Assembly: GCA_045601365.1 (NCBI GenBank)
Contig: JAZRZN010000096.1
Span: forward strand, 9,809 to 73,808
Length of the DNA: 64,000 bases
Direction: 5' to 3'
From: Clostridia bacterium
GTDB taxonomy: Bacteria > Bacillota > Clostridia > Christensenellales > QALW01
The notes beneath the pieces are model-generated. The model saw only the letters and a program-made list of their open reading frames with translations, was not told the origin of the DNA and made no database searches. Shown here piece after piece: positions 19,151 through 28,658 of this stretch; position 1 is the first letter of the stretch; each line of letters starts with the position of its first letter. A program made the position numbers and the translations under genes.

Positions 19151-20776
19151 ATGAAAGTGAAAACATGGCTTGCAAATGAGATCAAGCTTACCAGCAGCAA
19201 GACTTACGAAAACCCGTTTGAAGACGTTGATGTTGACGTAACGTTCAAATCGGGCAGAACAAAGCTTACGCTTCCGGCATTCTGGGACGGCGGCAACACA
19301 TGGATAGTGCGTTTTGCGCTTCCCAAAGTCGGCGAATGGCAGTATTCAAGCGTATGCACAGACGAAAAGAATAAAGGGCTCACGGTATCGGGAACTGTTG
19401 AATGCGTTAAATACGACGGTGATCTTGATATATATAAGCACGGCTTCGTTAAGACCGCGCCGGACAAGCGTTACTTTATCTACGATGACGGTACGCCGTT
19501 CTTCTATCTCGGTGATACTCACTGGAATTTCTCGGAAGAAGAATTTGATGAACCCGGCGATCACGCAGGTGACCTGAAGTGCGATTCGCATTTCAAATAC
19601 ATCGTTGACAGAAGACGCGAGCAGGGGTTCAACGTTTATCAGTCAGAGCCTATCGGAGCAAAATACAAGATCGGTAACGGGTTGCATGAGGATGCAATAG
19701 AGGGCTTCCGCGATCTTGACAGACGCTTCAAATATATCGCAGACAAGGGCTTCGTGCATGCCAATGCACAGCTCATGTTCCCCCGCCAGTTCGTATATAT
19801 CGAGCGCTATAAGGACAAGGACTATATCAAGCGCCTTGCACGCTATTGGGCGGCACGTTACGCGGCATATCCCGTAATGTGGACACTCGGTCAGGAAGTC
19901 GATAACGATTTCTATTATACTCGCGGCGATCAGAGAGTTTTCCAGAAGGAAGACAACCCCTTCAAGATAATTGCCGCAGGGCTTCATGAAAACGATCCGT
20001 ATTCACATCCGCTTACGGGACACATGGAATTTACATCCATCCTGCCCGGACCTGCCGGTGACGGCACATGTCCCTCAACATCGGCATTCCGTGAGGTCGA
20101 AGGACACGATTGGTACGGCTACCAGTGGAGCAGAGGTCTTACAAGTCCCATTGATTACGGCTTTGCCAAGGACGGCTGGCTGAACGGTCAGGGCAAGGTG
20201 TGCATACTTTACGAATCGCGCTATGACGGTCTGTGGACAAAGCATTTCGGTGCGCGAAGCGAAGGCTGGCTCGCATTCCTTAACGGTCTTTACGGCTACG
20301 GCTACGGCGCGATAGATATCTGGCTGTATAAGAGTACATACGATATACACAGAGAATCCAACGACGGCGTTGATGTCATCACGCCCGAGGATAAGCAGAC
20401 ACCGTGGTCTGTAAGCGTCGAATACGAGACCGCCATTCAGATGGGCTACATGCGTTCGTTCTTTGAAAAGCTCGAATGGTGGAAGCTCATCCCGAGATTC
20501 GATTCGCCTGCGTTCTTTACAAGCGAAAAGGAAAACTATCACGCAATAGCGACCGACGAGCGTAATACGATAGTTATGTATTTCTGCAACTACAACGCAT
20601 TCGAAACCGGTATGCTCCGCAACCTTGAGCTTTGCACATATACATATCAGTGGTTCAATCCGAGAACCGGCGAATATTCCGCAAAACGCGAGTTCTTCCC
20701 CGACGTTCACCGCATGTACAAGATCGAGCAAAAGCCCGATAAATTCGACTGGGTACTGCTTGTTCAAAAGGCATGA
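19151..20776 (+). CDS. DUF5060 + DUF4038 (GH140 apiosidase-like) glycoside hydrolase family protein, no signal peptide
   Basis: 541 aa. Blocks LTLPAFWDGGNTWIVRFALP, LDIYKHGFV, DDGTPFFYLGDTHWN, SHFKYIVDRRREQGFNVYQSEP, YPVMWTLGQEVDND and HPLTGH. Paralogous to three other ORFs in the window. Confidence 0.8.
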   Translation: MKVKTWLANEIKLTSSKTYENPFEDVDVDVTFKSGRTKLTLPAFWDGGNTWIVRFALPKVGEWQYSSVCTDEKNKGLTVSGTVECVKYDGDLDIYKHGFVKTAPDKRYFIYDDGTPFFYLGDTHWNFSEEEFDEPGDHAGDLKCDSHFKYIVDRRREQGFNVYQSEPIGAKYKIGNGLHEDAIEGFRDLDRRFKYIADKGFVHANAQLMFPRQFVYIERYKDKDYIKRLARYWAARYAAYPVMWTLGQEVDNDFYYTRGDQRVFQKEDNPFKIIAAGLHENDPYSHPLTGHMEFTSILPGPAGDGTCPSTSAFREVEGHDWYGYQWSRGLTSPIDYGFAKDGWLNGQGKVCILYESRYDGLWTKHFGARSEGWLAFLNGLYGYGYGAIDIWLYKSTYDIHRESNDGVDVITPEDKQTPWSVSVEYETAIQMGYMRSFFEKLEWWKLIPRFDSPAFFTSEKENYHAIATDERNTIVMYFCNYNAFETGMLRNLELCTYTYQWFNPRTGEYSAKREFFPDVHRMYKIEQKPDKFDWVLLVQKA

Positions 20777-20806
20777 TATTCGGCAGAGCATGAAAACATA
20801 AATAAT

Positions 20807-20848
20807 GGGACTGTGGCGAAAGAAATTTTTCGTCGCAGTCCCTTTTTT
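20807..20848 (+). terminator. Rho-independent terminator (possibly bidirectional)
   Basis: GGGACTGTGGCGA (20807-20819) pairs with TCGTCGCAGTCCC (20830-20842), followed by TTTTTT (20843-20848). It lies between convergent genes. Confidence 0.75.
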
Positions 20849-20876
20849 AATACCATATTTCAAAACATGAATTATC

Positions 20877-21905
20877 TTAATAACATCTCGCACAAGGAGT
20901 GTATCCGTTTGATACAGCAGTTTCCAATGAAACCTGCATAGGATTTTTCATTCCGCTGCAGCTCGACTTTGAATGATATTTAGTTCCGCCATTTGTCGGA
21001 ACCCATACTAAATTACCTTTGGTTTCCTCTTTATTCGGAACGGTTACCCCCGATTTTTCTGTCGAATTGTCACCGTTTGTTTGAGTTTGAGATGATGCAC
21101 CTGTTTTATTGTCTTCAGACGATTCTACGTTATTTTGAGCGGTTTTACCGGGATCTTCTGTCGAATCGCCATCATTTGTTTGAGCTTGAGAGGAGTCATC
21201 TGTTTTTTTGATTTCAGGTGCCTCGGTTTTCATAGGCTTCACGCGATAATCAATTTGTATTTTGATATTCTTCTCCCATTGCTCACCTTTTTCAAAAGTA
21301 CGTATCTCACCATTCTCGCCTATGGCAATATTGACTACACTTCCTTCAAAAATATTATTTTCGTTATATTCAATTTCGCGTGCTACACAGGCAATATTAG
21401 TAAACCCGGCATCTTCGAACAGTTTCTTTACATCTTCACAGTGTTTCTCTAACAAGTTTGTCCATGTATCCGGCGTTTCTGCCATATCTGCCGATTTTTC
21501 ATCAATACCGTTGTCTTGGCTTTTGGAAACAAGTTCAATAAATTCACAAGGTATTTTCCAAGAACCTAATAAAAAAATTTTTGTTGGCTCTTCTGTAATG
21601 CGTACTACAACAGTATCACCTTGATTTACATCTATTTCTTCTTCGAATATAAAGTTAAGGTGTTCGCCCGCATGACAATTGATACCTAATGCAGAATCCG
21701 GTGCATATTCTTTCACAATAAATTGAATAAATTTTCCTTTTGTTTGTGTTTCATTGACAAGATCAGTTTCAAAAGTTGCCGCATCATCATAATCAACAGT
21801 ATAATCTGATATATCTCCTGATGTGTTATCCGTAATGACGCTATCGCATCCTGCAAACAAAAAAACGAGTGAAAGTATAATTATAAAAGATAAAATCTTT
21901 TTCAT
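20877..21905 (-). CDS. Hypothetical lipoprotein with a Ser/Thr/Asn-rich linker and a C-terminal Cys/His motif
   Basis: Start ATG 21905 (AGGAG 7 nt upstream). Lipobox LFAGC. C-terminus KYHSKSSCSGMKNP...GYTPCARCY (YH-x3-C...PC-x2-C). Visibly AT-richer than its neighbours. Confidence 0.65.
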   Translation of the reverse strand: MKKILSFIIILSLVFLFAGCDSVITDNTSGDISDYTVDYDDAATFETDLVNETQTKGKFIQFIVKEYAPDSALGINCHAGEHLNFIFEEEIDVNQGDTVVVRITEEPTKIFLLGSWKIPCEFIELVSKSQDNGIDEKSADMAETPDTWTNLLEKHCEDVKKLFEDAGFTNIACVAREIEYNENNIFEGSVVNIAIGENGEIRTFEKGEQWEKNIKIQIDYRVKPMKTEAPEIKKTDDSSQAQTNDGDSTEDPGKTAQNNVESSEDNKTGASSQTQTNGDNSTEKSGVTVPNKEETKGNLVWVPTNGGTKYHSKSSCSGMKNPMQVSLETAVSNGYTPCARCY

Positions 21906-22039
21906 GCTAAAGCTCCTGATGATTATCACTGTTTTTAATTATTTTAACATATATTGTCGGTTATTGCAACCGATAATGATCCCCCACACCTCTTTCGAAA
22001 GTGTTGTCTTTTTCACGCAAATCAAGAATCCGTTCATGA

Positions 22040-22600
22040 TCACATATTGCAATTATCTACCTGAAACACAAGAGTGATGACGGTCATATAAACGATGCCC
22101 CCGACACCAAATCGGGACGCCGTATCGCCGCCGCGCGAAAACTGCTTGACTACTGTAACAACCGCACGAAAAGTCTTGAGCTTGCCATTCGCACTAATGA
22201 GCAGGTGACCGAGTCCCGCACGCAGGACGAAATGATGCGCGATGAATTCTTCAAGGGGCTCAGCAAAGAGGAACTCGGCGCGTACATCAAAGGTTTGAAC
22301 CAGACTGCATTGCGCCCGAACAACGATCTGCAGACGGTCTCCAAGATAGGCAGTCAGATCATCGCCGCCACCTTATTCGCACAGAAAAACGGCATTACCG
22401 CAGAACAGCTCCACCTCGATCAGGATGACATCACTGCCGCAAAAGCGAATATCAATGCGGGCAGAAAAGCCAATGTCGAACTGCGAAAGCAAAAGGTAAA
22501 AAAGAACAACGCCGTGCAGGATCAAAACGCACCGAAAAAAGAGACAAAGAAAAAAGTGCAACCTAAAATCACAAAAAAAGCGATCATGTCGGAAAGATAA
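22040..22600 (+). pseudogene. Orphan open frame, possibly the 3' remnant of a truncated gene
   Basis: The ORF track calls 22205..22600 from a GTG start. The same frame stays open back to 22040 with no ATG and no RBS. The product has a Lys-rich tail. No family recognised. Confidence 0.3.
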
Positions 22601-22651
22601 AAAGCAAAGTGATATTATGATTTTTCATTCAAAAACATGTGCGAGCTTCAA

Positions 22652-23491
22652 TCAAAGATACTGCTTATCATAGTTTTCACAGTATTCTTTAGGCGTCAAT
22701 CCGTACATCTGACGGAACATCTTTATAAAATACGATACCGAATTGAAGCCCGACGCTTCCGCGACCTGTTTCACGGGTATTCTGCTTACGCGCAATAGCT
22801 TTTCGGCATAGATCAATCTGCGCATGTTTATATATTGTGGGAACGTCATATTCGTTGTTTTTTTCAGCATATCGGCAACATAATTTTGGCTTCTGCCCAC
22901 CTGCTGTGAAAGCGTATACATGGAAAAATACGAATCGTGCAGGTTTTCTTCTATGCAACGCATCATATTACGCACAAGGATTCCCTTTTCGTCACCTTCG
23001 TTTTTATCATGGCACTCATTTATCAAAAATACAATGAGATAATTTAGCAGTGCATATATCGCTACCTCCGCATACTCTTTTTTTCCGTAAAACGCATCAC
23101 TTATCATCTCGCAAACGCTTATAAAACGCCGGCGCTTATCATCGGAAAGCTGGCATTCGGGTTGTTTTTTGAACAGTGTCAGCTCTGTCAGAAGCTCCGT
23201 CTGCACCCAACGCTTATCGAATCGCAAAGTATAAAGCTCAACAAATTCATCAGCCTCGGTATGATATGTATGAAAATTATCCGGCATTATGAGAAACGCA
23301 TAGCCGCTTTTTGAATCATGCAGTACGCCATTAAGCTCGTGAACGGTATGCCCCGAAATGACAATGCTCATCTCGATATGCTTATGTGCATGTAAATTAT
23401 TCTGGAAGCTCTCAAGCTGACTGTCGATTTTTCTCACTATAGAAAAATCGCCGTCTTTCTTCGGGATATCCATGTACCTTAACTGTGGCAT
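22652..23491 (-). CDS. AraC family transcriptional regulator (cupin sensor + HTH)
   Basis: 279 aa. N-terminal cupin-like region (HKHIEMSIVISGH...). C-terminal AraC HTH (FPQYINMRRLIYAEKLL...ASGFNSVSYFIKMFRQMYGLTPKEY). Confidence 0.9.
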   Translation of the reverse strand: MPQLRYMDIPKKDGDFSIVRKIDSQLESFQNNLHAHKHIEMSIVISGHTVHELNGVLHDSKSGYAFLIMPDNFHTYHTEADEFVELYTLRFDKRWVQTELLTELTLFKKQPECQLSDDKRRRFISVCEMISDAFYGKKEYAEVAIYALLNYLIVFLINECHDKNEGDEKGILVRNMMRCIEENLHDSYFSMYTLSQQVGRSQNYVADMLKKTTNMTFPQYINMRRLIYAEKLLRVSRIPVKQVAEASGFNSVSYFIKMFRQMYGLTPKEYCENYDKQYL

Positions 23492-23612
23492 CTTACCGTC
23501 TCCTTTTCCGTATAATTTCTATCCTTACATCATTGTATCAAATCAAAAATACGATGTCAATATATCAAAGGCTTCCAAAAAAGCGATCCGTTTCCGAATC
23601 GCTTTTCACTAC

Positions 23613-26123
23613 TTAAATATCGGTTCTTTTCTTTGCGGTCACCGCAACAAATGCAAGTGCCGCAATGAACGCAAATATCGGAAGCATCATGAGCCCGTCA
23701 CCCGTGCCCTTGCTGTTGCCTGCCGCCGTAAGGATGATATCCTCGACATCAATGGACTCGATATCCTCGTACCCTGCCATATTTGAGAAGCATATCTGAA
23801 GCGATTTTATGTCTTTGATATCGTCTGCCGTTATCGTAACGGTCTTGGAGAACTCCTGCCACTGACCGTCAAAAACTATCTTACCGTCAGCAAGGCTGTT
23901 GGCAAGCTCGGTGTTGCCGCTCCAACGGAAGCGAAGATTTGCTTTCGATTCGCCGTCATCCGCCATTGTTCCGCGATACGAGAACGCTATCGTAAGCGTT
24001 ACCGATTTTGCTTTTCCCATCATATCGCGCACCGTGGAAAGTATTTCGACCTGCGGTGAATTGTAATTTGTAGTGAAGCCTGACGCAAAACGCGAGAACG
24101 TCTTTCCGTTTTCGGTCACTGTCTGCTTCTGCTGTGACTTATCCCAGCCTGTCCACGAAAGCTTTGCTTCGCTCGGTGCTTGTTCCACGGTCGCCGCGGA
24201 AAGCATCACATCCGTCAGCTCGATCGCGTCGATGTTTTCAAATCCGCTCATGCTTGAGAAGCATATGTATAAAGAAGTCAGATCCTTCACATCAGCATCT
24301 GTCAAGCTCACAGCCGCTTTTAATTCGTGCCACTGACCATCGAACAGGATAGTACCTGTGGCTATTTCATTTTTCAGTTGAGTTTCTCCGGTAAAGCGGA
24401 AACGCAGATTCGCCTTTGAAGCATCCGCTTCATCCTTCAGTGCGGCTCTGTACGAAAACTGCACGGTCATATCACCGTTTCCGTTTTTGAGCAGTTCTCT
24501 TACTTTATCAAGCACTTCGGCTTTCGGCGAATTATAGTTCGTTGTAAATCCGCCGCTCACGCGAGTAAAGCTCTTTCCGTTTTCGGTAACATTTGCAACA
24601 GTCTGGCTTTTATCCCAGCCCGTCCACGATGCCGCAGTCTGTTCCTGTTCCTGTTCTCCGCCCTCTTGCTTTTGAACAACCGTTATCGACGGCGTTTTGA
24701 CATCTATCGATGCCAGATTTTGATAATCCGATATTCCCGAGAAGCACATATACAGCGATGTCAGTTCTTTTATATCGTCTTTGGTGACGGTTACGGTTTT
24801 GTCAAGCGTCTGCCAAGTACCGTCGAACACAATCGAGCCTGTAGCAATTTCGTTTGCAAGAGCTGTGTTGCCCTCCCAACGAAAGCGGAAATTCGCCTTT
24901 GCCGCATCTATGCTTGCTTTCATCGTGCCGCGATATTCAAAACGGATATTGCAATCAATACTGCTCTTGTCCTGCATAAGTCCCGTCAGTGTAGAAAGCA
25001 CCTCATACTTGGGTGAATTGTAATTGCTTGCGAATACGGTAAATGTATCATATTCCCCGTTTTCGGTCTTTATCTGCGATTTATCCCACGGTGTCCACGC
25101 CGTCGGCGTTGTCGGCTCCGTCTGACCGCCCTGTGTACCGGATTCGGAAAGCGTTATTTCCGGCAGCTTAACGTCGATCGAATCAAGATTCTCATATCCG
25201 CTCATACCCGAGAAACATATATACAGCGATGTGAGCTGTGCGATATCCGTCTTTGTCACCGTGACGGTTTTCTCAAACGTACGCCATGTACCGTCAAAGG
25301 TCAGGCTGTTGCCCGCTATATCATTATTGAGCGAAGTATCTCCGCTCCAACGGAAGCGCAGGTTCGCTTTTGTTGCTTCCTGTCCAATTGCCATATTGCC
25401 GCGGTACTCAAGCTTTATCTTGATATCCGCGCTTTCATTTGCGCCGATAAGTGTTTTGACCTTATCAAGCACTTCATATGTCGGCGAATCGTAATTCGTC
25501 GGAAATCCCTTAAATGTACTGTAATCACCGTTGTCTATTTCGGTCTGCGATTTACTCCACGGTTTCCACACCGTGCCCGCCGCAGTTTGTATCGTCAGCG
25601 CAGGCAGTTTAACATCGACCGAATCAAGATTCTCATATCCGTTCATGCCCGAGAAGCATATATACAGCGATGTGAGCTGTGCGATATCCGTCTTTGTTAC
25701 CGTGACGGTTTTCTCAAACGTACGCCATGTGCCGTCAAAGGTCAGGCTGTTGCCCGCTATATCGTTATTGAGCAAAGTATCGCCGCTCCAACGGAAGCGA
25801 AGGTTCGCTTTTGTTGCTTCCTGTCCAATTGCCATATTGCCGCGGTATTCAAGCTTTATCTTGATATCCGCGCTTTCATTTGCGCCGATAAGTGTTTTGA
25901 CCTTATCAAGCACTTCACATTTCGGTGAATTATAGTTGGTAGCAAAATTTGTAAAACGGAAATAATTCCCGTCGGCGTCATTATATTCATTTTTTGTCTG
26001 CGAGCCATCCCATGTATTCCATGCAAGGCTGTCGGCACCCGCTCCTGCGATCACGCCGAATACCGCAAAAACCGATGCAAGCATCGCCATAACGGTAAGT
26101 ACAGCAATAAGTCTTTTCTTCAT
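23613..26123 (-). CDS. Secreted, C-terminally membrane-anchored protein with five tandem ~147-165 aa modules
   Basis: 836 aa. Signal peptide MKKRLIAVLTVMAMLASVFAVFGVIAGAGA. Five units each begin W-x2-W-[DS]-[KG]-SQ. Each contains NY[ND]SP, ANLRFRW and FDG-x-W, and ends LTSLY[IM]CFS. The C-terminus has a hydrophobic helix plus KKRTDI. Confidence 0.85.
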   Translation of the reverse strand: MKKRLIAVLTVMAMLASVFAVFGVIAGAGADSLAWNTWDGSQTKNEYNDADGNYFRFTNFATNYNSPKCEVLDKVKTLIGANESADIKIKLEYRGNMAIGQEATKANLRFRWSGDTLLNNDIAGNSLTFDGTWRTFEKTVTVTKTDIAQLTSLYICFSGMNGYENLDSVDVKLPALTIQTAAGTVWKPWSKSQTEIDNGDYSTFKGFPTNYDSPTYEVLDKVKTLIGANESADIKIKLEYRGNMAIGQEATKANLRFRWSGDTSLNNDIAGNSLTFDGTWRTFEKTVTVTKTDIAQLTSLYICFSGMSGYENLDSIDVKLPEITLSESGTQGGQTEPTTPTAWTPWDKSQIKTENGEYDTFTVFASNYNSPKYEVLSTLTGLMQDKSSIDCNIRFEYRGTMKASIDAAKANFRFRWEGNTALANEIATGSIVFDGTWQTLDKTVTVTKDDIKELTSLYMCFSGISDYQNLASIDVKTPSITVVQKQEGGEQEQEQTAASWTGWDKSQTVANVTENGKSFTRVSGGFTTNYNSPKAEVLDKVRELLKNGNGDMTVQFSYRAALKDEADASKANLRFRFTGETQLKNEIATGTILFDGQWHELKAAVSLTDADVKDLTSLYICFSSMSGFENIDAIELTDVMLSAATVEQAPSEAKLSWTGWDKSQQKQTVTENGKTFSRFASGFTTNYNSPQVEILSTVRDMMGKAKSVTLTIAFSYRGTMADDGESKANLRFRWSGNTELANSLADGKIVFDGQWQEFSKTVTITADDIKDIKSLQICFSNMAGYEDIESIDVEDIILTAAGNSKGTGDGLMMLPIFAFIAALAFVAVTAKKRTDI
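25170..25921 (-). repeat. Near-identical tandem duplication (441-bp period) inside the 836-aa gene
   Basis: About 310 bp at roughly 25170-25480 recur at 25611-25921 with only scattered substitutions. For example ATATACAGCGATGTGAGCTGTGCGATATCCGTCTTTGT occurs at 25219 and 25660. The offset is 441 nt, or 147 codons. Confidence 0.9.
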
Positions 26124-26146
26124 ATTTTATACTCTCCTTTTATTAT

Positions 26147-27859
26147 TTAGCGGTGACATTCAATAAGTGTTACCACCCAATCATTTTCATCCGGACGCTT
26201 TTCAAGCTTGTACGCAGGCTGTCCGTTTTCATCGACAGCATTCGCCGTCACCGTATCGGATGTTTTTCTCCCCGTTTGCGGATCAAGCCATTCAAGAACA
26301 TACTTCGCATCCTTTTCAAGTCCCGTAAACATGCCGCTTCCGTTCGAAGGATTATACAGATAAACTATCCTGCGTTCACCCGGAACGACTGCACACACAC
26401 CGATAGCACCGTCATCGCATTTGAAACGCTCTCCGTTATAGAAATCGGGGATCATTTTCCACCATTCAAAGCTTTCGAAATATTCACGCATATAGCCAAC
26501 CTGATATGCCGACGGAAATTCAACAGCTTCATCCCATTTTTTATTTTTCATTTCGACCGTTATCGTCGAAATCCCGTCATACCGCACCGTATCCTTGTCA
26601 AGGTCATAAGTTCCCTTGTACAGCCAGATGTCAGCCGCGCCATAACCGTAACCGAACATTCCGCAAAGGTACGATATCCAGCCCTGTGCGCGTCCGCCGA
26701 AATCGTTTGTCCAAAGGTTGACATAGCGTCCCTCGTAGTTTACGGTTATCTTTTTTGACTGCCAGAATTCCTTTGCCGCATCAAGGATCGAATAATCCTT
26801 ACGTTTTGTCGATCCCAAGTCATTGCTTGCAAAGCTCGGCTTCCATTGAGCCCCGAACCAATCATGCCCGGTCACGCTGTCATCCTCTTTGGTGAACACC
26901 GAATTTTCAGCCTGCACGTCAGTTGAGCCCTCCTGATGTCCCGTAAGCGGATGCGAATACGCATCGTATTTGTGAATGAATTTGGCGACCTCTACCCACG
27001 GGTTGTTTGCCACAGTCCAGCCCGGATGCTTGCCGTTATCCGCATTTTCCTGTGTCCAATAGAAATCGTCATCTATTTCCTGCGCGAGCGTCCACATCAC
27101 GGGATATGCGCCAAAACGTGCCACCCAATAGCGGGATATCAGCTCCAGATACTCAAAATTTATAACATCTCCGCGCATCTCCGCCGCAAAAAAGAACTGC
27201 GCATTTGTATGCACCAAGCCTTTTGAAGCGATATAGGCGAAATATCTGTCCGCTTTTTTGAAGCCCTCCACCGTTTCGCGCGTAAACCCTTTTGCAAGTG
27301 AGAACGGCGCTCCGATAGGCTCGGATTCATAAACGGTAAAGCCCTGTGCGACACGTTTGTCAACGATATATCTGAAATGTGAATCTGTGTTCACGTTGCC
27401 TGCATGGTCGCCCTTTTCGTCAAATTCCTCCATTAAGAAATTCCAATGCGTATCACCTAAAAAGAAGAACGGTGTGCCGTCGTCGTACACAAAATACTTA
27501 TTGCCGTTGCTTTTTACAAAGCCGTGCTTATATATTTCGTTTTCTCCTCTGTATTTCACCGCACCGACACTGCCGGTAAGCCCGTCGAGCGATGCGTCTT
27601 TTTCACAAACAGTAAAAAATTTCCACACTCCCGTCTCGGTCGGAGCAAAGCGGACACGGAATATGTCACCGCCGTCCCAAAATGAGGACAGTGTCAGCTC
27701 TTTTCCGCTATTCTCGTTCACAAAGCGCACATACGGTGCGTTCGCAAGTGCCTCAGTAGGGCTGTTATCATAGTTTTGATCGGATATAAACGTTATTTCC
27801 GTCGGTATCCATACTTCGGTCATACGATCGACCGATAAAGGATCGAGACCTTGATTCAT
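26147..27859 (-). CDS. DUF5060 + DUF4038 (GH140-like) glycoside hydrolase family protein, no signal peptide
   Basis: 570 aa. Blocks LTLSSFWDGGDIFRVRFAP, NEIYKHGFV, DDGTPFFFLGDTHWN, SHFRYIVDKRVAQGFTVYESEP, YPVMWTLAQEIDDD and HPLTGH. GGAGG RBS 7 nt upstream. Confidence 0.8.
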   Translation of the reverse strand: MNQGLDPLSVDRMTEVWIPTEITFISDQNYDNSPTEALANAPYVRFVNENSGKELTLSSFWDGGDIFRVRFAPTETGVWKFFTVCEKDASLDGLTGSVGAVKYRGENEIYKHGFVKSNGNKYFVYDDGTPFFFLGDTHWNFLMEEFDEKGDHAGNVNTDSHFRYIVDKRVAQGFTVYESEPIGAPFSLAKGFTRETVEGFKKADRYFAYIASKGLVHTNAQFFFAAEMRGDVINFEYLELISRYWVARFGAYPVMWTLAQEIDDDFYWTQENADNGKHPGWTVANNPWVEVAKFIHKYDAYSHPLTGHQEGSTDVQAENSVFTKEDDSVTGHDWFGAQWKPSFASNDLGSTKRKDYSILDAAKEFWQSKKITVNYEGRYVNLWTNDFGGRAQGWISYLCGMFGYGYGAADIWLYKGTYDLDKDTVRYDGISTITVEMKNKKWDEAVEFPSAYQVGYMREYFESFEWWKMIPDFYNGERFKCDDGAIGVCAVVPGERRIVYLYNPSNGSGMFTGLEKDAKYVLEWLDPQTGRKTSDTVTANAVDENGQPAYKLEKRPDENDWVVTLIECHR

Positions 27860-27890
27860 TTTTTCGCCTCCAAATCAAGTTTCTATATTA

Positions 27891-27919
27891 ATTGTATTTT
27901 ATTATTTATGTTTTTTCAA
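27891..27919 (-). promoter_or_regulatory. Candidate sigma-A-type promoter for the 27859 gene
   Basis: On the minus strand: TTGAAA (27919-27914), 17-nt spacer, TACAAT (27896-27891). The region is AT-rich, so a chance match is possible. Confidence 0.4.
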
Positions 27920-28110
27920 TAACAAAAAAACACAATTGACATAATATTTTCTTATAAAGCAGTTATTCGAGTTTTATTACACAGATATGTGATTCTTGTT
28001 CAAAATCCCGTTTATCGCACGCAATTATTACATAGCATATTGAACGTTTAACAGCGCAAAAATCTCCCGACGTTGCATTGCGCCGGGAGAGAAAAATTCT
28101 GTGCTGTTGC

Positions 28111-28458
28111 TCATTCACCGAAAACATCATCCGGCAGCTCTATGGGAGCATCGGGATCTGTTACCGACGAAGCAAAGTATTCATCGTAGCCTGCCCAGCC
28201 GTCGATGTATCTTGAAAGGATCATTCTGTCCTTGGGCGTTACCTTGCCGTTGCCGTCGATATCGGCGGCATCGGTGTCGATATCGGAATATTCATCCCAC
28301 CCGGCGATGAAACGTGCAAGTATCATTCTGTCAGCCGCTTCTACCTGTCCGTTTCCGTCAAGGTCACCGACATTGCCTGTGCCGCCCGCCGCAAATACAG
28401 ATGTGCCGAGGCACACGGTCAAAACGGTCAGCAATAAAATAAAAGCTATTTTTTTCAA
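28111..28458 (-). CDS. Stand-alone dockerin protein (signal peptide + one type-I-like dockerin)
   Basis: 115 aa with a TTG start. Signal peptide MKKIAFILLLTVLTVCLGTSVFA. Two Ca-binding dockerin segments, DLDGNGQVEAADRMILARFIAGW and DIDGNGKVTPKDRMILSRYIDGW. No catalytic or binding module. Confidence 0.75.
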   Translation of the reverse strand: MKKIAFILLLTVLTVCLGTSVFAAGGTGNVGDLDGNGQVEAADRMILARFIAGWDEYSDIDTDAADIDGNGKVTPKDRMILSRYIDGWAGYDEYFASSVTDPDAPIELPDDVFGE

Positions 28459-28658
28459 AAAGGTTCAACTCCTTTATACTTCATAATTCTGCCGGCAGAG
28501 CAATGTCTGCCGACAGATATATAATCCGCGATGCTAAAGAACAAAAAAAGTGCAAAAATAAAGAAAGGAAAACGCATCGCAAGGATTACCGTAAATAATG
28601 GGAACTTTTTTTCGGCACGCGCCCGAAAAGGCTTCTGCGTATTCGGACGCGTTCCGCG

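Noticed and set aside
20849-22651. Prophage or integrative element
   Set aside because: No integrase, recombinase, transposase, tRNA target or flanking direct repeats are visible. Only a compositional oddity and an orphan ORF remain, so I report it as a low-interest observation rather than a mobile-element call.
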